Source of the DNA: Squalus acanthias
Taxonomy: Eukaryota
Assembly: GCA_030390025.1 (NCBI GenBank)
Contig: CM059425.1
Coordinates: 172,424,001 to 172,488,000 of the forward strand
Length of the DNA stretch: 64,000 nucleotides
Direction: 5' to 3'
In this document: positions 1 to 11,398 of the stretch, piece by piece
Layout of the letters: every line of letters starts with the position of its first letter
Position numbering within the stretch: the stretch's first letter is position 1
The notes under the pieces: generated by a model
The model's input: the letters and a program-made list of their open reading frames with translations, nothing else
What the model was told of the DNA's origin: nothing
Database searches by the model: none
Position numbers and translations under genes: made by a program

Positions 1-619
1 CTATGTAATTGCAAATTGTTATTTTCGTTCATACAGGGAGCGAGCAGGACAGTAGGATTAGTTTTAGATTGCTCTTGCAAAAAACCCAGCCCAGACACGA
101 TGGGCTAAATGGCCTTCCTCTATGCTGTAAACTTTTATGCTAATTTTCACACTTTGCCAACAAATTACAACTAAGGAAATATGGAAATATATAAATTAAA
201 AGTCAGGAGCACATCTGTAAAAAAAAAATAGCAATGAGACACTATTCCTGATCTCATTGAATGGCGGAACAGGCTCGAGGGGCTGAATGGCCTACCACAG
301 TCAGCAAAATCTACCAGTATAAAAGGAGAACCAATCAAATCACGCTAAATATTTTCTGAAAACCCTTCCAACTCTCATCCTACGTCCTCCACTAAGCTGA
401 GCACTGACTACTGGAAATAAGGTTTGGAACATAGTAAACATAATTTCTTGTAAATGTAGTAATTTTTATTAGTTGAGATTCAAATTAGCAGACTACAGTT
501 TACAGCATATAGTCCTTGTACAGCTTTGTAAATTCTTCTGTGCATTTGCATTACTTTGGTCAGTGTGTCATGTCATTATCTAAAAATTAATTCATCTATT
601 TTAAAAAATTCGGAAGAGA

Positions 620-990
620 TTCCCGATGACTTAGTTGATCAGCACTGAAGTGTGGTGCTGAACCATACAGTCTAATAAGGTCACAGATTGAAACAATGTC
701 CATGCTGAGTTAGCTGATCTCAGTAGGGGCACTACAGTTGACCTCGGCGCCCCAGGCTATGGAGAGAAAATATCATCCAGGGTTCCTGCTCCTGCTAAGC
801 AGTCGTGCCTGCTACAAGTGTCCAGGTGTGGACTTTGGCTGAGCACATGAGCATATGACGGTGATGCTATGCATGGTTGTATCACCTGTCAACACTTATT
901 GTCTATATTTGCACATGAAGGAGAGCCACCTGAGCAAGATCCTGGAGGGAAGAACTGTATCCAGCAAGAGTTGGCATCTTTATGAGAGAC
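620..990 (+). mobile_element. Old SINE-like interspersed repeat in FER intron (approximate bounds)
   Basis: Motifs TGCTGAGTTAGCTGATCTCAG...GGGGCACTACA...CCAGGGTTCCTGCTCCTG resemble ancient chondrichthyan SINE bodies as I recall them; family not verified. Confidence 0.4.
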
Positions 991-1102
991 GAAGAAAAAA
1001 GACCATTTAGCCCATCTTGCTGCACTCACTAAAAAAATTCAAGTGCAGATAATGTAGCCTTCTCTAGACTTTTATAATAAATTCAGGTTTATCTGCTTTT
1101 AA

Positions 1103-1375
<273 letters not shown>

Positions 1376-3897
1376 TAGTTATATTTTGTACTTGTATTGC
1401 TTCTTGTTTGTATTTTTCTGTGATTTGTAAGCAGTGTAAGCTGCCTTTACTTGTTCTCCCTACGTGGGGTGGTGTAAAAGCCTTTTGTTACATATACAAT
1501 ATAGAAAGAAATCTGCTTTGAAGACCATCTGATGTCAGTTCCTAAAACATATGTGTTGCAGACTTGAGCCTAAATTAAGAGATATGTGAGATCCCATCCC
1601 AAGACTGGGTGTTGTATGTAATTTTGTAAAGGGATAAATGAGCAGGTTGGGCATGGAATTAAGACTACTGCACGTGTGGAGGATAAACAGCATCTTGGGC
1701 TGAATGGCCTGTTTCTCTGTTATAAACAAGCTTGACTATCATGATCACTGCAGGAGGAGATGGAGTTTAGTATTGTGCTATAACGCATACTTAACCCACA
1801 TTTCCCAATCAACTACAGATTATTTTTCTGTAATGCTCTTGTGATGATAGCACAGATCCTTTTAGTTTTTCCTTGTGTGAATGTTTGCTGCACTGCTCTC
1901 AATTATTAGTTTCCACAAAAACCCAAAAGGAACGAAACCTACATTACTTCAAAGCTACATTTAATTATTTTTTTTAATTCCCACTTCTATTGACACTTTT
2001 CTGGTTTCACTATTAGAATGAGGTGAGCACTGCTTTTACCCACCAACATGAGAACTGCAACTGGCATCGTGACATGTCTACCACTTCCAGACACACAATT
2101 GTAGTTGAAGTAGGAAAGAAACAAATACTAACATTATAAAGCAACAAACATTATTATAAAATAAGAACTGGTAGAAGGGAGTGATTTCTGTAATCCAGCC
2201 GAATCCCTGGCCTGCTACCAGTGAGTATAAACTACTTGTGATATTGTTCAAACTCTTCTATTAGAATACAACCAAATAATCATTTCCCCCAATTCCATCA
2301 TTCTCCATGCAATTAGTAGTCTAAACACCTTGCATGGTGTTTCACTATAGATTGAATCTGCCTTATCTAGTTAAAACTTCATTCATTCAATGTCATTCCT
2401 GTGAATGCTAAATACGCTTGGAGGGAAAGAAGTGTGTTGAAAATTATAGTAAATACTTAGAGTGGCTGTAAATGACTTGCACTTGTAGTGTGCTGTGACA
2501 GCTAACCTTAATGGATTTATAACGTGGAGGATTTAGTGGCACAACATGGAATCAAAATAAAGTGTCCATAAAATGCAGATGTTATGCTGTCCATGCAGTG
2601 TACACGCACAGAACTAAAATAGAAAAAAGGTGGTAACCCTTGGAAATTATAGGGGGCAATTGGACCTAGCTTTGCCCGTTTTTCGGGTGTGAAATAGGTC
2701 CACAGCCTACCAATTTTTGTCGACAATTGCACGCAACCAAAACACACACACATCATATTAGTTAGAGTGCCTGTTAGTCATCGTGGGCACCTGTCTGAAA
2801 CAAGCATTAGGCCCATTGCCTATGCAAATGGACGACGTAACGTCTGTTTCAGGTCCCATTTGCTAAATTGGATCGCGTCTGACCACATCATGTGCCGTGC
2901 ATGCCGCGGTTAGTTTTCTCTGGCCTTAAAGCAACCAAATCAGCCGTTTATAAAGGAGCTACTGGAGACTGCTACCAAGAAAGTAAGTTTAAAAAATGTT
3001 TCACTTATCTGAATGTGGAGCTAGGAGGAGCAGGAGCCTCCTGGCTCCACAATGAAATGGCGGTCCTGCGGGCCACCGCTCACTCCCCTCCTGATCTACT
3101 ATAAGTTACAGATATGAAATGATCCGCCTTATAAGCCCATCCATGATTCCTGCATTGCTGGAGCTACAAAATAAAAGTTTGAACAAAATTAATGTAAATT
3201 ATAATACCCTTCAGAAAGAGAGAGATCCAGCCTTTACCTACAAATATTGAATAAACAGACCATTCAGTCAGGCTGAAGGTTTTTATAATGAGGACCACAA
3301 ACTCTGGCTTACATCTTTCCTTCTACACCAAACATCTCTGCAATAGCGCTTAATTTATTAAAGAGCTCCAGCTTATATATCTTGTCAAAATTCATCATCT
3401 TTTATCCAGAACTCCCTTTTGCAGTCAAACGATGGTACATTACTTCCAAGATTACCCTCCTTTAAATTAACTTTTAGTCTGCTGTTCTTGTTTTTATTTT
3501 CTCTCAGATACACACAAATAGATTCAACCACCTCAACCAATCAGAACATATTATAAAATAATATGAAGTAACTGAACATACATGAGTAATGTGAATTCTT
3601 AACCCTTCCCTCTTTCAATTTCATATCACTCATAAACATATTCTATGGAAGGTTTTACCTAACTTAAATAGGCCACGTGTGTATGTGTTTGATTTTCAGA
3701 TGTGAAAATTAATGGGCAGCCACTCCCAGAAACAACTGTCCAATTGAAAAAGGGGTGGGTGCCCATCCTAGCATGAAATGTTACTTGTGCCCTATAAAAG
3801 ACGAGCAATATTTCACTTAAATCGCCTGCATACATCAGAGTAGCACAACAACGGGAGATCATTGCTGTTTTAAGAAGATGCTTTAAAACTGTTGCAG

Positions 3898-4040
3898 GTT
3901 ACAGGATGTCAGCACCGCAGAAATGTCCAGAGGAAATCTATAACATAATGCTGAGATGCTGGGAATACAAACCAGAAAACCGACCAAATTTCAGCGATAT
4001 ACACAAAGAACTCTTGTGTATCAAGAAGAAGATAACGTAG
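3898..4040 (+). CDS. FER: Tyrosine-protein kinase Fer, last coding exon
   Basis: Acceptor gttgcag|GT at 3896-3897, phase-compatible with the previous exon. Translates (G)[49 protein letters not shown] at 4038-4040, closely matching the vertebrate FER C-terminus. Not in the ORF track. Confidence 0.95.
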
Positions 4041-5439
4041 TGACACAGAGAGTAAATGCTGACTGTAGGAAATTCAGTTATTGAAAAAATCAGGAGTCAC
4101 AAGATATCATTTTTCCTCCAATATATTGTAATTAAAGTTATGTACGCTTGTTATATTGCATCAGCATATTTTTGTTGCAATTTATAAACATTTGTTTCCT
4201 GTTTTGGTTTTGGCCTATAAATATTTGTAAGGTACATCATGGAGAAAAGGCTTCTCAAAGCATTAAAAAGATACTAATTGCCAAATATTTTCACACCTAA
4301 TTTCAAGAATAAGTAAAATTTCAAGAATAAGTAAAATTCTACAGTGATCATTTTCATAAAATTTAAATAGATAAAGCACAGCCGGTTATGGTACATTTAC
4401 TTCGTGCTATTGAAATGCAATACAAAGATTTTCTGTGGCGCAGATCCTGAAGCTGGCCTATTTTAAATTAGTATTGTAGAACTCCAATAATATTTACCAC
4501 AGACTACCAGGAAAAATAGGTCCCTGGGACAGGGTGATTCTTCCCACATATTTTGAAAAGCATTGAACTGTCCAGATCAGACATATAAAACATGAGAAAT
4601 ACCAGCAAGAGGCCTGTATGGTAATCTTATACTGTAAATGTGCCTGTGCACAGAATTCTTTGAGTTGCAGTTGTTGCAAATGTTGGAATAAGCCTTCCAT
4701 GATGTGCCTGAGATTCCAAAGTACTGTACAGTGCAAGTGCCATCTTTTAAAAAAAACAAATTAATATTGTTCTTATGTTTACTTCAGTTTTGAGATCTTT
4801 GATCTTATTAGCTTGCAAATGCACCTTGTAGTCTGACTGTTAAAAATGTTTGAACATTTTGTGAGCAGTACTGGGCTCTTGGCCAATCTTTAACAGGAAC
4901 GACATTGTTTTGCTGTCCATATATCATTGCTGATAAGTTAACCCTTTGACTATTAACTAACCTTTCCTGCTTTCAGAGAATCTGAAATAATGATTTCTAT
5001 TAATTTCTAATGATGAATCAGTTAAAATAGGATTAGAGAAGCATGCAGAACCATGCAGTGTTTTTTAATTCATAACTGCTCAGAAATAATCTTCCAAATT
5101 ATAACTGTAGTTTTTGATTTTGGTGGCTATTATTACAACGCTCAAAAGATCATACAGAAGCTAAATAGCTGGATATATTTTGTCTTGTCACAGATTAGAA
5201 AGGAACGCACCTCTTGTCAACGCTAGTGTTGCCATTCTGATTCAGTGATGACATACACCATTTCATTATTATTTAAATTGTATATACCCTATTATTATAG
5301 AGGGGACTTATGATTCTGTTGCTTTAGTATACACACAAACCCCCATAACCAGCATTTGTTGCTAATGTGGCACAGACTTGTGCATGGCTTGAAGGGGTGC
5401 AAAGTCAACTGGAGACCACTCTACAGAATGAGTTATATC

Positions 5440-5584
5440 TAATGCTCCCTATAAGCTGCGCTTTGTTCTGTGCGGCCTGTTTCTTTTAATCCCTTTAAAG
5501 CATGCGCGGTATTTACAATGTAAAAGCCAGTGAGCGGTCTGCGCAGGACCTTTCCCATTACTGCGCAGCTTAGAGGGAACATTG
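5440..5584. mobile_element. hAT-like MITE (145 bp) inside the putative FER 3'UTR
   Basis: TIRs TAATGCTCCCTATAAGCTGCGC and GCGCAGCTTAGAGGGAACATTG. Flanks GTTATATC (5432-5439) and GTCACATC (5585-5592) form a decayed 8-bp TSD. Confidence 0.7.
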
Positions 5585-8500
5585 GTCACATCACCTCACT
5601 CTGTTGCTGTGGCAAAGCTTTCAATGTGAATTTATGCAGCCAGCACACAGGCATCAGCTTCTGACATTTATGTGAACATCAGACGACCACAAGAGGCCAT
5701 AAAAACTGAGTTGTAATGAAGCTGTGATGTTTCAAAGCTCAATACATTTATCATGCCTTCAATGCCTGGATATCTGATGCAGTGCTTTAAGGCTGGTTCC
5801 AATTTCTGTTTTCCACATTTACCTCCTCTACCTTGCTCCGACCATATTAAGAATTGTAAAAAATTTCAAAACTCCTAACACACAGTCCAAGAGAACATTT
5901 ATTTCAGAAAATATTACTGTGATAAAGATTCACTGGCATGACACTGAACCAGTCTCGTACTCATGAAGCAAGAGTTACTGAATCGTCTAGATTCACAAGT
6001 GGGTCCTGTATGCTTCACTAGTCATGGATTGTTACATGTTTTGCTCCACATCTGAATCTTTATCTAAAATGATGTTGAACATTATGGTGTTCGGAGATGA
6101 TTACAGCACACTGATCTGCAGTGTTCTTGAAAATCTCATTTATTGGACTGTAGAACTAAAATCTGTACTGATATGTAGTAACAAACATCAAACACTTTGA
6201 AATCCTGTACTGTAAATCATAATTTTATTGGCTATGTTTGCAATATTTCCAAAACTACAGGTTTAACATTTCCATGGTTTTGTTTTTCAAATATGTTTAC
6301 AAAGTATGAACTGATGTACCTTTCAGTTTGTTTCATGTGTTTAGTCAATTTTGATCTTTGACAAGTTTGAAATTTGCGGAAAATAATGTGATTTACAGTA
6401 CTTTTAAAACTAAACCTGTCTTGTAAACATCAGTACAATATATAGGAATTTTATGGATTCAGATTCTATGGAATTACTGTATTAATAGAAACTAAATAAG
6501 CTGTCCTTAGTATATTTTAAGTACTTTGTGCAGCATTTACTGAAATTTTTTTAACATTGTTATTTAACAGCCTTTCTACTGATTTTATTTGAAGTGTTGT
6601 AGCTAATCCATTGTAAGGGCTTTCATTTTAAAAAGAATGAAGTTTACGTTTATGCCGCAATACTTCTACAGACATAGTAAATATTTAATTGCCTTCATTG
6701 CACTGTTTCAAGGCAAGTTCAGCTTTACACATGGAAAATGAATGCTCAACAAGTTCCACAGAAAATGTTTCAGTGCAGTAAAAGGGAACATTAAATGTTT
6801 ACAGAAATATCAGTATTTTTAAACAGGTGATCTGGGTGCTGCAGAGGAGTTTCAATTTTACTCAAAAATCGCGCTGTCCTTTTATAATCAACCTTGTAAA
6901 CCGAGTGTAGTCACAGTAAAGTCAGTAAATTCCCTTAGGTTGGGAAAATGGTTCTGTTGCCAAACCAATTCCAGAGTGATCATAGATGCTGTAAGCAGAC
7001 TTTGATTTTATTGTGGGTAGCATGCTATTATACCATGCTTGCATTCCGAAGTAATGTGCAAACCACGTCATAAAATATATTTTCAATTCATGACAAAATG
7101 CCATATAGTCACATTTGAACAACATGAATAGCATTATCTAGCCATTGGTGGAAATTATTAAAATACACCGTCTCTAATTTAAATGCTTTTATATACATTT
7201 AAATTCATATTCAGATGACAGTAATACGTGCATGTTAGAATTCAACTGTGTATTTTGAATTTCATATAGCTTTTTGTGGCAATGAAAATGCCATTTCTGA
7301 ATATCTACTACATTAGAATCCTAAGCAAGATGCTGCACATTGCAGTAGACTTGCCTGGCAACTACCAGGTTACAAATCTTGTTAGTAGATGGGACTGATA
7401 TTTGGTTTAATCTGTGAAGACAGATGAGATTTTACATTGAATTGGTAAATATAAACTGGAGAAAAAAAATGTGTGAGATTGTATATATCATTGTGCCATA
7501 TGAGTACCATAATGTGCCACAGCTCAAACCCTAATAATGTTTTCAATCTTGTGGTACAGGGAGTTAACCGCTGACCTTTCAACAATGTTTGAAACCAGCC
7601 CAGATTAATGGGAGGAAACTCCTCTCTGTGCTGCCTGTATAGGTTCTATGTGACATGAGTTTGGATAGTCTGAACCTTTATTCTGGTTGGCACAAACCCA
7701 CATGGTTTATCTTCTATATTGTTGCATTCACTCTAACAAAATACAAAGAATACGCCTGGCCCTTTGCTCTGATGTTGATGTGACTATATATACATTTCAG
7801 AATGTTTTGGTTATTTTTTTCTTTTTTAATCAGTGTTTCAGTATAAAGAGTTAATCTTGCCTGATGTCCCATTGTTCTCAGCTTTCACGCTGCCACAGGC
7901 CAGTGGTAATAAGCCTCCAATTTCTTGCTGTGTGCCATACATATTGTCTTTATACTAACCAAATGGTAATTTTTCTGCCATTTAACTTATAACTCCTGCC
8001 AGTAATAATGAATGAAAGAGCAAGCTGTATTGTGCTTTTCAAAAGCCCCAATAGAGTTTCATTTTGTGCCACAATAAAAACCAGAATTCTGAATTTTTAT
8101 AAAAATGCACCTTTTCTTTTTCTAATGTTAAGCTTCTGTGTTTTAAAAGAAAATAAAGCAAACTTTCAACACTGGAACTATGTGATTCTTTTAAATGTCT
8201 TAAACTTTCTGTCAAAGGCTAAAATGTACTTTTAAAAGTAAATGTTCACTTTAAATTTAAAGTCTTACTTTTAAGGATGTATAATATTTCTGCCCCAAAA
8301 CTATACAATGAAAATCAGACTGAATTCTGATGTGTCCAATGGGGGAGTAATGTTCAAAATATCACAGACAGAAATACTTGTCTCTTGTAATTTTTTTAAC
8401 ACAATCCCGTTTGTAACATTTATTTATTTTGTACTTTTTTTTACAGTGAATTTACAGGGATTTTGAAATGATTTATCAGTTATCATATTCTCTGTATTCC

Positions 8501-8602
8501 GTGCTCTTGTGAATTGCAGACTTGTTCCTGAACTGCTTCTGTGTCATATTGGACCAAATACCACTAACAAGTCTGTTGTTGATATTTATACTGTAATCTC
8601 TT

Positions 8603-8608
8603 AATAAA
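8603..8608 (+). promoter_or_regulatory. Candidate distal polyadenylation signal of FER
   Basis: AATAAA preceded by TGTA (ctgtaatc) and followed by a T-rich tract near 8640. Confidence 0.5.
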
Positions 8609-8971
8609 CAGAATGAACTGTCAGCATTATCGTCGTAACTTTTTTCAGCAATATTGGGAAATTGCCTTCTGCTGCAAAGTGCAACACCAGGCCAAACTCT
8701 TATACATAACTAATTACTTCACACATTAATTCTGTTTGCTAATCTGTTTGTTTTGCCTAGTTTAATGTATTCCTGACCTAATGCCATAGTACAGATTAGA
8801 TTAGAAGTGGTATTTCTTTGGTGTGAAGTGAAGTAAATAATTTGTTTTTAAAATGGAATTGTCACCATGGTAATGACTCTTGAAAACACTTCATTCACTA
8901 TATCTGTATATAGAGGAGTAAATTGAGAGGTCGCACAACACCAGGTTATAGTCCAACAGTTTTATTTTAAA

Positions 8972-9009
8972 TCACAAGCTTTCGGAGTTAAAACTCCTTC
9001 GTCGGGTGA
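8972..9009 (-). ncRNA. Minimal type-I hammerhead ribozyme motif (variant core CCGACGA) in PLE pLTR
   Basis: Minus strand reads TCAC-CCGACGA-A-GGAGT-TTTA-ACTCC-GAAA-GCTT-GTGA. Confidence 0.7.
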
Positions 9010-9276
9010 AGTGAGGAGATACAGAATCGTCAAAGCATATATAGATAGAGAACAAAGCATGTGTAACTTACAATTGCAGACAACTGAATTCAATCATCCT
9101 GACTGTTTATCTGCCGAGGTGTGATAAAGTTAATCAGGTCAGGAAGGTACCACATCAAAGACATAGCAAGATACAACTGAGACAATGAGGTGGAATCGCA
9201 TGGGGTCGAACGTGTCAAAAGCTGCCGTCTGTATGTAAAACGATTAACTTTAAAAAATTTACTTTTTTACTGGGAA

Positions 9277-11260
9277 TCACATCTGTGAACAAGCCAACGT
9301 CATGTATCGTGACATAAACCCAAGATCCCGATTGAGACCGTCTTCATGAGTGCGGAACTTGGCTATCAGTTTCTGCTCGATGATTTTGCGTTGTCGTGTT
9401 TTCCTAAGGTCACCTTGGAGAACGCTTACCCGCAGATCCGAGGCTGAATGTCCTTGACTGCTGAAGTGTTCCCCGACTGGGAGGTAACAATCCTGCCTGG
9501 CGATTGTTGCGCGGTGCTCGTTCATACGTTGTCTCAGTGTCTGCATGGTCTCGCCGATGTACCATGCCGCGGTGCATTCTTTCCTGCAACGTATGAGGTA
9601 GACAACGTTGGCCGAGTCACATGAGTATGTACCATGTACCTGGTGGGTAGTGTCCTCACGTGTGATGATGGTATCTGTGTTGATGATCTGGCATGTCTTG
9701 CAGAGTTTGCCATGGCAGGGTTGTGTGGTGTCGTGGTCGCTGTTATCCTGAAAGCTGGGTAATTTGCTGCGAACGATGGTACTTCTGAGGTTAGGCGGCT
9801 GTTTGAAGGCAAGTAGTGGAGGCGTGGGGATGGCCTTAGCGAGGTGTTTGTCGTCATCGATGACATGTTGAAGGCTGCGAAGAACATGGCGTAGTTTCTC
9901 CGCTCCGGTAAGTGTTGGTTGTGTCCCGTGTTTGCCTTCTGAGGAGGTCTATGCGATTTTTCGCTGTGGCCCGTCGGAACTGTCGATCGATGAGTCGAGC
10001 GTCATATCCCGTTCTTACGAGGGCGTTTTTCAGCGTCCGTAGGTGTCCATCGCGTTCCTCCTCGTCTGAGCAGATCCTGTGTATTCGCAGGGCTTGTCCA
10101 TAGGGGATGGCTTCTTTAACGTGGTTAGGGTGGAAGCTGGAGAAGTGGAGCATCGTGAGGTTGTCCGTGGGCTTGCGGTAGAGTGAAGTGCTGAGGTGTC
10201 CGTCTTTGATGGAGATTCGTGTGTCCAGGAATGAAACCGATTCTGAGGAGTAGTCCATGGTGAGTTTGATGGTGGGATGGAACTTGTTGATGTTATCGTG
10301 TAGTCTTTTCAGTGATCCTTCGCCATGGGTCCAAAGGAAGAAAATGTCGTCGATGTATCTGGTGTACAGCGTTGGCTGGAGGTCCTGTGCAGTGAAGAAG
10401 TCTTGCTCGAACTTGTGCATGAAGATGTTGGCGTATTGGGGTGCGAATTTGGTCCCCATGGCTGTTCCGTGTGTTTGGGTAAAAAAATGGTTGTCGAGGG
10501 TGAAGACATTGTGGTCAAGGATGAAGCGGATGAGTTGTAGGATGGCGTCTGGAGATTGGCTGTTGTTGGTGTTGAGTACTGAGGCTGTCGCAGCGATGCC
10601 GTCATCGTGGGGGATACTGGTGTAGAGTGCCGATACGTCCATCGTGGCGAGGAGTGTTCCTGGTTCAACTGGTCCGTGAGTGCTGAGTTTCTGTAAGAAG
10701 TCTGTAGTGTCGCGACAGAAGCTGGGGGTTCCCTGTATGATGGGTTTCAGAATGCCCTCGACGTATCCAGAGAGGTTCTCACATAGGGTTCCGTTGCCTG
10801 ATACGATAGGACGTCCGGGTGTGTTGGCTTTGTGTATCTTAGGGAGGCAGTAGAAGTCTCCCACGCGGGGAGTACGTGGGATGAGAGCGCGTAGGATGTT
10901 TTGAAGGTCTGGATCGAAGGTCTTGATCAGTCTATTGAGTTGGCGGGTGTGTTCTTTGGTCGGATCTGCGGGTAGCTGTCTGTAGTGTTCCTGATTGTCC
11001 AGTTGTCGGTATGCTTCTTTACAATAGTCCATTCTGTTCTGTATGACGATGGCTCCTCCTTTGTCCGCTGGTTTGATGACGATGTTGCGGTTGGTCTTGA
11101 GAGCGTGGATGGCGTTGCGTTGTGCTCGGGTGACATTCTGGACTGTCTTGTGAGTGCGGCTGATGAATCTGGCGTTGATGCATCTCCTGACAGCTTGAGC
11201 ATACATGTCAAGCTTGGGGCAGCGACCCTCCGGAGGGGTCCAGTTTGACTCTTTTTTCTT
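9277..11260 (-). pseudogene. PLE polyprotein: reverse transcriptase + Cys-rich linker + GIY-YIG endonuclease, one frameshift near 9910
   Basis: RT motifs IKPADKG, YCLPKIHK, GRPIVS, DVSALYTSIP, GTAMG, YIDD. After the frameshift: PCHGKLCKTC...SCDSANVVYLIRC...WYIGET...RMNEH...GLN. Confidence 0.92.
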
Positions 11261-11398
11261 CGTGTGTTGTGTTGGGGTAATTGCATCACTGATTACTTCT
11301 GATATAAATAATCTCAAACATAATGCTGAGATAGTCCTGACCAATGGGAAAACATACCTTATGTACATGACGATATACATGCTCAATGCTCACTATGT

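Larger units (their letters stand above)
4041..8630 (+). other. FER: Putative long 3'UTR of FER
   Basis: AT-rich sequence after the stop codon with no recognisable LINE/SINE. AATAAA occurs at 8073, 8152 and 8603. The end point is inferred. Confidence 0.6.
8919..11262 (-). mobile_element. Penelope-like retroelement (Neptune-type), 5'-truncated, young; PLE family 1
   Basis: RT plus GIY-YIG coding region and a 3' pseudo-LTR (pLTR) that matches 23645-24055 and 62898-63037; CpG-rich. Confidence 0.92.

Noticed and set aside
2650..3110. GC-richer intronic block as an alternative exon
   Set aside because: No kinase-compatible frame; looks like a decayed DNA-transposon remnant, but TIRs/TSD could not be established.
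4299..4338. 18-bp tandem duplication in the 3'UTR
   Set aside because: Simple slippage duplication with no further structure.
9277..11386. Telomerase, retron or group II intron RT
   Set aside because: The C-terminal GIY-YIG and pLTR identify a Penelope-like element. The first ~40 aa of the listed ORF come from flanking DNA.
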